Assembly: GCA_038240495.1 (NCBI GenBank)
Contig: JBBSDS010000001.1
Coordinates: forward strand, 1 to 60,689
DNA length: 60,689 nt
Direction: 5' to 3'
Source: Chthoniobacterales bacterium
GTDB taxonomy: Bacteria > Verrucomicrobiota > Verrucomicrobiia > Chthoniobacterales > Chthoniobacteraceae
The notes under the pieces are model-generated. The model made no database searches. It had not been told where the DNA came from and saw only the letters and a program-made list of their open reading frames with translations. Both the position numbers and the translations under genes were made by a program. Numbering within the stretch: position 1 is the first letter of the stretch; the number at the start of each line of letters is the position of its first letter. Below, piece after piece: positions 48,646-57,674 of the stretch.

Positions 48646-50871
48646 ATGAAGCAAGTCATGTCCTCCCACGCCGTCTCGCACCGCCGCTCCTTGTCCGCGT
48701 GGATGCCCTTTGGCGTCGGCCAGGTGAAGCCGCAGCATTTTCGCGACATGACGAAGATCGTCTGGCAGAACCGCGACAATCTCGGTTACGCGTGGCAGGT
48801 CATTAGCAAAGGCGTCTGCGATGGCTGCGCGCTGGGCGTCGCGGGGTTGCACGATTGGACCGTGAAAGGCCCGCATCTCTGCATGACGCGGCTGAATCTA
48901 CTCCGGCTCAATACGATGCCGGAACTCGACCACCGGAAGCTCGCCGATGCGGCCAACATGGCGCGACTGGACAACCAGCAGCTTCGCCAACTCGGGCGGC
49001 TCGCCTATCCGATGCTCCGCGAGCGTGGGCAAAAGGGCTTTCGCCGCGTCTCGTGGGACGATGCGCTCGACCGCACGGCGACTAAAATCCGCGCCAGCGA
49101 TCCGAAGCGCGTGGCCTTTTTCGTGACCTCGCGCGGTGTGACGAACGAAATCTATTACATGGCGCAAAAAGCGGCGCGCTTCATCGGCACGAACCACATC
49201 GACAACGCCGCGCGCCTTTGCCACAGCCCGAGTGGAGCGGCCATGAAGGCCACGCTCGGAGTCGGCGCGAGCACATGCAGTTACAGCGATTGGTACAAAG
49301 CGGACGTGGTCGTTTTCTTCGGCTCGAACCCCGCGAACGATCAACCCGTTTCCACAAAATATCTCCACGAAGCGAAGAAGCTCGGGATGAAAGTCATCCT
49401 CGTGAACCCGCTGCTCGAGCCGGGCATGAAGCGCTACTGGGTGCCGAGCAACGCCGACTCCGCGCTCTTCGGCACGGATATCGCGGACTATTGGTTTCCA
49501 GTCACGCAAGGCGGCGACATCGCTTTCCTCTACGGCACGCTCAAAGTGCTCTTCGAGCGCGGCTGGATCGACGAAGATTTTCTTCGCGAAAAATGTGTCG
49601 GCGGTGAGGAATTGAAAACGCGGGTTGCTGCGCTCAGTTGGTCGGAGTTGGAAAAAGGGAGCGGTCTGCCGCGTACGGCGATCGAGGAGTTTGCCGAGCT
49701 GCTGCACCGCGCCAAAAACGGCGTGCTCATCTGGAGCATGGGCATCACCCAGCATCCGCACGGCGCCGATGGCGTGCAGATGATCCTCAATCTCGCGCTC
49801 ACCCAAGGCTGGGTCGGCAGGGACGGCTGCGGCGTCATGCCCATTCGCGGGCACAGCTCCGTGCAAGGTGGCGCGGAGATGGGCGCGTATTCGACGGCTT
49901 TTCCCGGTGTGAAATCGGTGACGCCGGAAAACGCCCGCGCGCTCAGCGAGCAATACGGTTTTCCAATACCGGACTGGATCGGTCTCACAACCGTCGAGAT
50001 GGTCGAAGCCTGCGCTCGCGGTGAGCTCGACGTGTTCTATTGTCTTGGCGGCAATTTCCTCCGCACGCTGCCCGAGCCGGATTACGTCGCCAAGGCGATG
50101 GCAAACATTCCGCTCCGCGTCCATCAGGACATCATCCTCACCGATCAGATGTTCATCGAGCCCGAGGGCGACGTGCTCCTGCTTCCGGCGAAGACTCGTT
50201 ACGAGCAGGACGACGGCGGCACCGAGACGAGCACTGAGCGGCGCGTGATGTTTTCGCCCGAGCTGCCACGCCAGGTCGGCGAGGCGCTTGCCGAATGGAA
50301 AATCCTCCGCGAACTCGCCGTGCGCGTGCATCCCGAACGCGCGGCGCAATTTGGCTGCGAAGACGGTTGGAAGATGCGCGAGGAAATCGCCCGCGTCGTG
50401 CCATTTTACGACGGCGTTCAGCACCTCCGAAAGACCGGCGACGCCTTTCAATACGGCGGTCCGCACCTGTGCGCGGGCGGCGTTTTTCCGACGAGTGATG
50501 GCAAAGCGCACATCTACGCCGTCGATCTCCCCGAGGTCACGCCCCCTGGTTTTTTCCACGTCAGCACGCGGCGCGGGAAGCAATTCAACACGCTCATCTA
50601 CGCCGAAGTTGATCCGCTCACCGGCGCAAATCGCGACGCCATTTTCATGTCCGGCGACGATGCCGGCGCGTTGCATTTGAAACACGGCGACCGCATCGCG
50701 CTCGTGAATGACCTCGGCCGCTACGAAGGCACCGTCTTCATCGCCGACCTCGCGCCCGGCAACCTGCAAATCATGTGGCCCGAGGGCAACGTCATCATCC
50801 GCCGCGGTGTCGTGGACAAAGGCGGCGGCGTTCCCGATTACAACGCCCGCGTCCGTATCGAAAAAAGCTAA
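48646..50871 (+). CDS. FdhF/YdeP-family molybdopterin oxidoreductase
   Basis: GVCDGCALG, RLCHSPS, WSMGITQH, PIRGHSSVQG, TRRGKQFN. Confidence 0.92.
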   Translation: MKQVMSSHAVSHRRSLSAWMPFGVGQVKPQHFRDMTKIVWQNRDNLGYAWQVISKGVCDGCALGVAGLHDWTVKGPHLCMTRLNLLRLNTMPELDHRKLADAANMARLDNQQLRQLGRLAYPMLRERGQKGFRRVSWDDALDRTATKIRASDPKRVAFFVTSRGVTNEIYYMAQKAARFIGTNHIDNAARLCHSPSGAAMKATLGVGASTCSYSDWYKADVVVFFGSNPANDQPVSTKYLHEAKKLGMKVILVNPLLEPGMKRYWVPSNADSALFGTDIADYWFPVTQGGDIAFLYGTLKVLFERGWIDEDFLREKCVGGEELKTRVAALSWSELEKGSGLPRTAIEEFAELLHRAKNGVLIWSMGITQHPHGADGVQMILNLALTQGWVGRDGCGVMPIRGHSSVQGGAEMGAYSTAFPGVKSVTPENARALSEQYGFPIPDWIGLTTVEMVEACARGELDVFYCLGGNFLRTLPEPDYVAKAMANIPLRVHQDIILTDQMFIEPEGDVLLLPAKTRYEQDDGGTETSTERRVMFSPELPRQVGEALAEWKILRELAVRVHPERAAQFGCEDGWKMREEIARVVPFYDGVQHLRKTGDAFQYGGPHLCAGGVFPTSDGKAHIYAVDLPEVTPPGFFHVSTRRGKQFNTLIYAEVDPLTGANRDAIFMSGDDAGALHLKHGDRIALVNDLGRYEGTVFIADLAPGNLQIMWPEGNVIIRRGVVDKGGGVPDYNARVRIEKS

Positions 50872-50882
50872 CGACGCGAGCG

Positions 50883-51692
50883 ATGTCCGAAACCGCCTCC
50901 ATTTTCCTGCGACGCGTCACGGCTGGGAGGGAACCCGAAGAATGCGCCGATGTGGTCGCGGCTGAAGAGCCACTCGAGATTCGCGTGGAAGGCCGCCCGC
51001 TCGCTGTGGTCATGCGGACTCCGGGTCACGACCGCGAATTGGCCGCCGGATTTCTCCTCACCGAGGGCGTGATCAAATCTGCGAAAGACCTCTTCGACAT
51101 CACGGCCTGCATCGCGCCAGGGGCCGCGGGCAAAGGGAATGCGGTCGATGTCGCGCTCGCGCGTCCGGATGCTTTCGATTTTGAAAAGCTCACCCGGCGT
51201 GTCTTCACATCGTCGAGCTGCGGAGTGTGCAGCAAGGCGTCGATCGACGCGGTGATCAAGCGCCGCAAGCCACTGCGGGACGATGTGCGAATCGCGGCCG
51301 ACGTTCTCCTTTCGCTGCCCCGCCGGCTCGCGGCGCAGCAGGAGACATTCAAGCAAACCGGCGGTCTCCATGCGTGCGCGCTCTTCGACGAGACGGGAAA
51401 ACTGCTCATGCTGCGCGAAGATGTGGGCCGGCACAACGCGCTCGACAAACTCCTCGGCTGGGCGCTGCTGGGAAAACGCACGCCGCTCCACGGGCACCTT
51501 GTGCTGCTCAGTGGGCGCGCTTCTTTCGAGATGCTGCAAAAGGCGCACGCCGGCGGAATTCCGGTCGTGGCGGCGATCTCCGCGCCGTCGAGTCTGGCGG
51601 TGGAGTTTGCGAGAGAGAGCGGCCAGACGCTGGCCGGTTTTGTCCGTGGGCGCTCGATGAATCTTTACGCGGGCGCGGAGCGGATCACCTGA
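50883..51692 (+). CDS. fdhD: Formate dehydrogenase accessory sulfurtransferase FdhD
   Basis: EEPLEI, MRTPG, SSCGVC, TGGLHA, EDVGRHNALDK. Confidence 0.96.
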   Translation: MSETASIFLRRVTAGREPEECADVVAAEEPLEIRVEGRPLAVVMRTPGHDRELAAGFLLTEGVIKSAKDLFDITACIAPGAAGKGNAVDVALARPDAFDFEKLTRRVFTSSSCGVCSKASIDAVIKRRKPLRDDVRIAADVLLSLPRRLAAQQETFKQTGGLHACALFDETGKLLMLREDVGRHNALDKLLGWALLGKRTPLHGHLVLLSGRASFEMLQKAHAGGIPVVAAISAPSSLAVEFARESGQTLAGFVRGRSMNLYAGAERIT

Positions 51693-51745
51693 GCGACTGC
51701 TCGGGCGAAGAAACGAGATGGGCAGGTGTGCTTCCCTCCCCGAAA

Positions 51746-52168
51746 TCAGGAGACGATCATCTTTTCCTCGGAGAGCTTGATCACACGGCCTTCCGGATCG
51801 CGAAAATTTGTGTAGGGGCCGACGTTGGTGATGATGATCCCGCGGCGGCGCAGTTCGCCGAGCACGCCGTCCCGGTTTTTCAGCGAGAGGTAGAGATGAA
51901 AGTAGCTGACCATTTCGCCGTGTTCGCAGCGGCGCACGGTTAGCGGGATGCCCCCGAGATCCATTTCACAGTAGCGATCGGAGCGCTCGCTGAGCACGCG
52001 GGCACTGAGGATGTCGATGTAAAAGTCGCGCACCTCTTTCCACCGCTGGGTGAAGATGGTGAGCGAGTAGCACGAGGGATTGGCCGCGACCGCGCCCGTG
52101 AGATCGTCGGCCCTCTCGGATTCGTGGTCTGTGGCAAGGTTGGCGAGTGAGATCATGGAATCTTGCAT
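51746..52168 (-). CDS. VOC/glyoxalase-like protein
   Basis: RDFYIDIL ... FRDPEGRVIKL motifs. Start uncertain (52168 or 52156). Confidence 0.75.
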   Translation of the reverse strand: MQDSMISLANLATDHESERADDLTGAVAANPSCYSLTIFTQRWKEVRDFYIDILSARVLSERSDRYCEMDLGGIPLTVRRCEHGEMVSYFHLYLSLKNRDGVLGELRRRGIIITNVGPYTNFRDPEGRVIKLSEEKMIVS

Positions 52169-52343
52169 AGCAGCGGGTGTGCCTGAGTTATGATTTCTAT
52201 GGATTTTACATTCCATAAGATGATTTTCCTTCCCGCCTCCGCGAATTTTCACAGTTGTGCAGACGGTAGTCCTGTCGAGACTGAGCGGGCTTCTGATGCC
52301 GCTCCACTCATCGATGAGTCATCGTTTTTGCCCGCGCCTCCCC

Positions 52344-53264
52344 ATGTGTTCTCGACTCAGGTTTTGCCTTGCAGCGCTGCTCGTATTTCTTCTGTCGATC
52401 GCCTTGCGCGCGGCGGATTTGCCGTCTGGCGATGCGGTCATTCGCGCGCCTTTCGGCTCCTCCGAGATCGTTGTAAAAACGACCACGCGGCTTGCGGGAG
52501 CGATTCATTCGATCACCTGGAAAGGCCGGGAATTCATCGACAGCGCCGATCACGGCCGACAAATGCAATCGGCTTCGTCCTTCGACAACTCGCCGGAGTC
52601 TCCGCCCGAAACCTTCAATCCAACGGAAGCGGGAAGTCGCCGAGATGGCGCCGGCCCACTTTCGACGAGTCGTCTCCTCGAAATCAGCTCCGCAGAAAAC
52701 ACCCTGCGCACGCTCACGCAGATGGCCTTCTGGCTCGCGCCGGGTGAACGTTCCGGCGGGCAACTCGCGCGCAACATCCGGTCGCTTTCCGACCATCGGC
52801 TGGAAAAGGAAGTACGCATCGGCGCCTCCGGATGGCCGAATATTCTCGATTACACCGCGGCTTATCTCATTCCCAAAGGTGAGCCGCACATCACGGCACA
52901 ATTCGAGGCGCTCACCGGCTATATGCCCGCCGAGTTTAAGCGCTTCTGGCGGTTTGTCCGCGCGACGGGAAAACTGGAGCCGCTCGACGACGGCCCCGGC
53001 GAACAGACCGAACCCCTCGTTTTCGCTACGAGCGACGGCAGCCACGCGATGGGCATCATCTCGCTCGAAACGCCATCGGCGGGCTCGACTGGTCCGACCT
53101 ATGGACGCTTCCGATTTGCCGCGGAGAAGGTGGTGAAATGGAACTGCGTCTTCCGGGTCCGGGGCGGCGTGCAACCCGGTGCGTATCGCTACAGGATGTT
53201 CGTGGCCATCGGCACGCTGGCCGATGTGGAAACGGCGTTCCGCGCGCTGCTCGCGAAACATTGA
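52344..53264 (+). CDS. Exported hypothetical protein
   Basis: Signal peptide; globular Trp/Gly-rich body (DHGRQMQSA, FNPTEAGS, FEALTGYMP) with host-like codon usage. Confidence 0.7.
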   Translation: MCSRLRFCLAALLVFLLSIALRAADLPSGDAVIRAPFGSSEIVVKTTTRLAGAIHSITWKGREFIDSADHGRQMQSASSFDNSPESPPETFNPTEAGSRRDGAGPLSTSRLLEISSAENTLRTLTQMAFWLAPGERSGGQLARNIRSLSDHRLEKEVRIGASGWPNILDYTAAYLIPKGEPHITAQFEALTGYMPAEFKRFWRFVRATGKLEPLDDGPGEQTEPLVFATSDGSHAMGIISLETPSAGSTGPTYGRFRFAAEKVVKWNCVFRVRGGVQPGAYRYRMFVAIGTLADVETAFRALLAKH

Positions 53265-53309
53265 GCGCGTTTCCTTGACCAAAGAAACGGCCCGTCCCGT
53301 AATCACCGC

Positions 53310-54365
53310 ATGGCCTCCCTCACCTCATCCGACCCCGAGCGGACAATCGAATTCGAGTTTGTCCGTGCTACCGAAAACGCCGCGCTCAACGTCATTCACT
53401 GGCTGGGGCGCGGGGAAAAGGAAGCGGCGGATGCCGCGGCGTGCGATGCGATCTACGGCGTGTTCGACCTCGTGGACATCGCCGGCGAAGTCGTCATCGG
53501 TGAAGGAATCAAGGACAATGCGCCTGGTATTTTTCTCGGCGAGCAGCTCGGCACCTGGCGCGTCGGTTCACCGCGCTTTGACATCGCGCTCGATCCGGTG
53601 GACGGCACATCGAACACGGCGAATGGGCTGCCCAACGCGATCTCGGTGATGGCTGCGAGCGAGCGGATGGAAGGCGAAGAACACGCGATGAAAAATCTGC
53701 CGACGTTCTACGCGACGAAGATGGCCTACGGACCCGCAGTTGTGGAGGCGATGGCGAAAGGCATGGAGGCGCTGAGCCTCGATGATCCGCTCGAAAAGAC
53801 GCTGGGCCACCTCGCGGAGGCGCTGGGCAAGCGGGTGCCGGAACTCGTGGTCATGACGCTCAACCGCCCGCGCCATGCGGACATCATCGCGCAAGTTCGC
53901 AAATGCGGCGCGGCGCTTCGCTTGATCAGCGACGGCGACATCACGGCTGCCGTCTCACCCTCACTCGCGGATTCCGGAGTCGATTTATATTTCGGCATCG
54001 GCGGCTCTCCCGAAGGCATTCTCACGGCCGCCGCACTCAAGGCGCTCGGCGGCGAAATGCTCCTGCGGATGTGGCCGCGCGACGATGCGGAACGCGCCGA
54101 AGTCCTGAAGGAAATCAACGAGGAAGAACTCTCCCGCGTTTATCGGATCGACGATCTCGTCCGCGGATCGAGCTCCATTTTCTGCGCCACCGGAATCAGC
54201 GACAGCCCGCTCCTTCCCGGCGTGCGGCTCGTTGGAAAAAAGGCGATCACCCATTCGATCCTCATGCGCGCGAAAAGCCGCACCGTCCGTTACATCCGCG
54301 CCGACCACGACCTCGAAAAGAAGACGATCCATCTCCGCAGCGTGCAACGCGAAGCGAAGATTTGA
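53310..54365 (+). CDS. glpX: Fructose-1,6-bisphosphatase class II
   Basis: VVIGEG, DIALDPVDGT, RPRH, DGD, GIGGSPEG, ATGISD. Confidence 0.96.
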   Translation: MASLTSSDPERTIEFEFVRATENAALNVIHWLGRGEKEAADAAACDAIYGVFDLVDIAGEVVIGEGIKDNAPGIFLGEQLGTWRVGSPRFDIALDPVDGTSNTANGLPNAISVMAASERMEGEEHAMKNLPTFYATKMAYGPAVVEAMAKGMEALSLDDPLEKTLGHLAEALGKRVPELVVMTLNRPRHADIIAQVRKCGAALRLISDGDITAAVSPSLADSGVDLYFGIGGSPEGILTAAALKALGGEMLLRMWPRDDAERAEVLKEINEEELSRVYRIDDLVRGSSSIFCATGISDSPLLPGVRLVGKKAITHSILMRAKSRTVRYIRADHDLEKKTIHLRSVQREAKI

Positions 54366-54473
54366 GTCGGTCGCTCAAACGGTCTCCCGTTTCGGATCAT
54401 CCCGAGCGGAGTTTCGTCGCGGTCGAACGTGGGGCCGGTTTTCGATGTTCCGCTTGGTGAGTTCTCGCCCCGC

Positions 54474-55163
54474 TCACGGCACAAGCAGCACGGTCAGCTT
54501 CTTTGGTCCGTGTGCGCCGAGGACGAGGATGCGTTCGATGTCCCCGGTCCGACTCGGTCCGCTGATGAAGGAGATGAAGCTCGGATAATTCGCGCCGTAC
54601 TTTTCGGCGAGTCGCTCGTAGGCGGCCGCGAGGTCGGGGACGAGTTGCTCCTTTTTCGCAATCACGATGTGGTGCGGCGGCAGCACGCTCAGCGCCCGAC
54701 CTCCCGAACTGCGCACGGTCACGCACACCGAACCGGTTTGAGCGATGAGCGACTCGCATTCGGTTAAACCCGCATCACAGCTTTCGAGCGCATCCTTGTC
54801 GTAGCCGGCATCGGTGGACAGTTGCTCCAGCGTCGCGGGCAGTTTGGCAACGACCCCATCGATCAGTTCGCCCGCATGCAGGGCGATTTTCTTCCAGCCA
54901 TTTTCTTCGGCCAGTGCCGTCAGGTGCTTGGCAGCGGCGGAGATCGAAGTGCATTCGTAGAACTCGGTGCGGAGCACTTCGGATTGCTTCGCGAAGAGCG
55001 CGATCTGTTCCTTGCGCGAGCTATCGACCGGCGGCAGCCATTCGCGGAAGGGCGCGGTGACGGAGTGTGTGGCCGGCTTCGACGGTGCCTCGTGATGCCG
55101 CGGCGAGGGCACTCGCAGCGCTTCGCTGATGCGTCCGAGGATGGCTTCGCGGTCGCCGTTCAT
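54474..55163 (-). CDS. lutC: Lactate utilization protein C (LUD domain)
   Basis: IAQTGS, GRALSVLPPHH, ISGPSRTGDIE...GAHGP. Confidence 0.9.
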   Translation of the reverse strand: MNGDREAILGRISEALRVPSPRHHEAPSKPATHSVTAPFREWLPPVDSSRKEQIALFAKQSEVLRTEFYECTSISAAAKHLTALAEENGWKKIALHAGELIDGVVAKLPATLEQLSTDAGYDKDALESCDAGLTECESLIAQTGSVCVTVRSSGGRALSVLPPHHIVIAKKEQLVPDLAAAYERLAEKYGANYPSFISFISGPSRTGDIERILVLGAHGPKKLTVLLVP

Positions 55164-56737
55164 GATTTCTTTTTAGCCTTGCGCGCACGGGCGTCCGATT
55201 GCTTCCGCGAGCTTTTGGGTTTGGCGCTTTTCGGCGTTTTGAGGGAACCGCCGCTCTTCACTGGCTCAGCAGGTTCCGCGGTCGGTGTTGGTTCGACGCG
55301 GTCGGTGGTCGTCGCCGGCGCGGGCCGAGGCGCGGCCTTTCGATCCCGCCACCAGTCGTGAAAAGATTGCGGCGCGGCTTCGGGAAAATCGCGCGTCTTC
55401 GTCCAGGCACCCATCGGATCGAGCGTGGTGTTGAGGACCAGCGGATGCAGCTTCTGCCCGAGTGGTGCGAGGCGAATGGCGATCTTGTAGGCCCACGGTC
55501 GCTTCATCAATTCACGGAACCCAAACCAGATGAGCCTCTCCCACCAGACCTTCTTTTCCGCGACCGCGTTGCGGCGGTTGTGGAGCAGGTGGTGATGGAT
55601 GTCGATCTTCACCGGACAGGCTTCGGTGCAAGCGCCACAGAGCGATGACGCGCCGCTCAGATGCTTCCAGTCCTGCAAGCCGCGGAAGTGCGGCGTGATG
55701 ACCGAACCGATCGGTCCCTGATAAGTCGTGCCATAGGCGTGGCCGCCGATGTTCTTGAAAATGGGGCAGACGTTCAGGCACGCGCCGCAGCGGATGCAGT
55801 GGAGCGCGTCGCGCTGCTCGGCATCGGCGAGGAGACGCGTGCGGTGATTGTCGAGCAGGACGACGTGGAATTCCTCCGGTCCATCGATCTCGCCCGGCAG
55901 GCGCGGTCCGCCGAACATCGAGTTGTAGCAGGTGAGATGTTGACCCGTTCCTGCTGTGGCGAGCATCGGCAGGAGAAGCGCGAGGTCGGCAAGCTTCGGC
56001 ACCATCTTCTCGATGCCGATCAGTGCGACGTGGATTTTCGGCAGCGCCGTGGTCAGGCGCGCATTCCCTTCGTTCTCCGTGATCGAGATCATCCCCGTCT
56101 CGGCGACGATGAAATTGCCGCCGGAAATGCCCATGTCGGCATTGATGTAATGCCGGCGCATGAAACGCCGCGCGATCATCGTCAGTTCTTCGGGCGAGTC
56201 CGTCGGCGCGCTGCCCAGTTCCTTTTCAAAAAGCGCGCTGATCTCGTCGCGCTTCATGTGCATGCAAGGGAAAACGAAGTGGTAGGGCGGCTCGTGGGCG
56301 AGTTGCTGGATGAACTCGCCGAGATCGCTCTCCACGACTTCGTAGCCGTCTTTTTCCAGCGCGTCGTTGAGATGGATTTCCTCGCTCGTCATCGCCTTCG
56401 ATTTGACGATCGATTTCACGCCTCGCTCGCGAGCGAGATTGAGAATGTATTCGCGCGCCTGCGCGCTGTTACTCGCCCAGAAAACCTTCCCGCCGCGCGC
56501 CGTGAATTTCTCTTCAAACTCGCGCAGGTAAACGTCGAGATGGTTGACACCCTCGTACTTGATCGCCGCCGCCGCGTCGCGTGCCTGCTGCCAGTCGGTG
56601 AAGGCGCTCTCCGTCTTGCCGCGCGCGACCTTGTAGTTGCTGAGCGCCTTTCGCACCGCGGCGCGGCGAGGTTCGTCGGCCGTCGTGCGGTCGGAATCCG
56701 AGTGGAACTGGTGCTGGGGATCCTGGGCGGCAATCAT
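55160..56737 (-). CDS. lutB: Lactate utilization protein B (Fe-S)
   Basis: KSKAMTSEE, ESDLGE, ENEGN, CIRCGACLNVCP, SLCGACTEACPVKI. ATG 56737 overlaps the lutA stop; Lys/Pro-rich tail. Confidence 0.93.
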   Translation of the reverse strand: MIAAQDPQHQFHSDSDRTTADEPRRAAVRKALSNYKVARGKTESAFTDWQQARDAAAAIKYEGVNHLDVYLREFEEKFTARGGKVFWASNSAQAREYILNLARERGVKSIVKSKAMTSEEIHLNDALEKDGYEVVESDLGEFIQQLAHEPPYHFVFPCMHMKRDEISALFEKELGSAPTDSPEELTMIARRFMRRHYINADMGISGGNFIVAETGMISITENEGNARLTTALPKIHVALIGIEKMVPKLADLALLLPMLATAGTGQHLTCYNSMFGGPRLPGEIDGPEEFHVVLLDNHRTRLLADAEQRDALHCIRCGACLNVCPIFKNIGGHAYGTTYQGPIGSVITPHFRGLQDWKHLSGASSLCGACTEACPVKIDIHHHLLHNRRNAVAEKKVWWERLIWFGFRELMKRPWAYKIAIRLAPLGQKLHPLVLNTTLDPMGAWTKTRDFPEAAPQSFHDWWRDRKAAPRPAPATTTDRVEPTPTAEPAEPVKSGGSLKTPKSAKPKSSRKQSDARARKAKKKS

Positions 56738-57453
56738 CTGTTCACGAGGACTTCGGCGAGGTGCAGGCTCTTCATGATGCGCGGGCTGTGGCGGTTGAGG
56801 TAGCCTTGGATTTGCATCAGGCAGCTCGAGTCGTTGCTGACGACGTAATCGACGCCCGTGTCGATGATCGAGTTGCATTTCACTTCGGCCATCGCCGTCG
56901 AAATCTGGGGATATTTTACGGCGAACATTCCGCCGAAACCGCAGCACGATTCGCCCTCGCTCATCTCGATAAGCTCGAGTCCTTTCACCGCTCGAAGGAG
57001 TTCGCGCGGGGCTTCCCTCGTCCCGAGTTCGCGCAAGCCGTGGCAGCCATCGTGAAAGGTCACCCTGCCCTCGAAGCGCGCGCCGACGTCGCGCACGCCG
57101 AGCTTCTTCACGAGGAACTCGGAAAACTCGAAAGTCTTGTCTGCAAGCGCATTCGCGGCTGATTCCTGCGGAGTTTCGTGGAATAACTCGCGGTAGAATT
57201 TTTTGAACATCGCCCCGCACGAACCCGATGCCGACACGACGACTTCGGCATCGAGGAAGCAATCCAGTTGTTTCACAGCGACAACCCGCGCCTCGTCCCA
57301 ATAGCCGGAATTAAACGGCGGCTGGCCGCAGCACGTCTGTGCTTCCGGGTAGTCCACTTCATGCCCGAGGCGTTCGAGAATTTTGACGATGGCGACCGCG
57401 ACGTGCGGGTAAAGCGAATCGATGAAACAGGGGATAAAGAGCGTGACGCGCAT
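56734..57453 (-). CDS. lutA: Lactate utilization protein A (CCG domains)
   Basis: QTCCGQP, SGSC, HDGCH, CCGFGG, SCLMQI. Confidence 0.93.
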   Translation of the reverse strand: MRVTLFIPCFIDSLYPHVAVAIVKILERLGHEVDYPEAQTCCGQPPFNSGYWDEARVVAVKQLDCFLDAEVVVSASGSCGAMFKKFYRELFHETPQESAANALADKTFEFSEFLVKKLGVRDVGARFEGRVTFHDGCHGLRELGTREAPRELLRAVKGLELIEMSEGESCCGFGGMFAVKYPQISTAMAEVKCNSIIDTGVDYVVSNDSSCLMQIQGYLNRHSPRIMKSLHLAEVLVNR

Positions 57454-57562
57454 TTTGAGGAGCAGAATAAGTCAGCAAATAAACCCGCCGACGGCGAGAG
57501 CCGAAACGCGCTCAGTGAAAGGTTTTTGAGGCTATGAAAGACGTCCGCGGCGACTGAAATAA

Positions 57563-57643
57563 GGCCCGCGTAAAACGCTAAAAGACGCAAAATAGAAAAC
57601 TCGAGGTCTTCCCTTTCGCGTCCTTTCGTGTGTTTCGCGGGCC
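57563..57643. repeat. Imperfect intergenic palindrome (CCCGCGAAA..CGAAA family)
   Basis: ggcccgcgtaaaacgctaaaagacgcaaaa / tttcgcgtcctttcgtgtgtttcgcgggcc. Confidence 0.65.
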
Positions 57644-57674
57644 GACTCGACTTTTGCGCAGTCTGTGAGCGTTT

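Noticed and set aside
48898-50769. Long antisense ORFs (623 aa here, 635 aa at 28335-30242)
   Set aside because: Expected antisense open frames in high-GC3 genes; no domain motifs.
52169-52184. Minus-strand AGGCAC-N5-CTGCT resembling a sigma-54 -24/-12 promoter before the VOC gene
   Set aside because: Imperfect match directly abutting the first ATG; such GG-N10-GC matches are common by chance in high-GC DNA.
56738-57301. N-terminal extension of the 713-aa LutB ORF suggesting a fusion
   Set aside because: Off-frame overlap with lutA; the ATGA coupling at 56734-56737 marks the real start.
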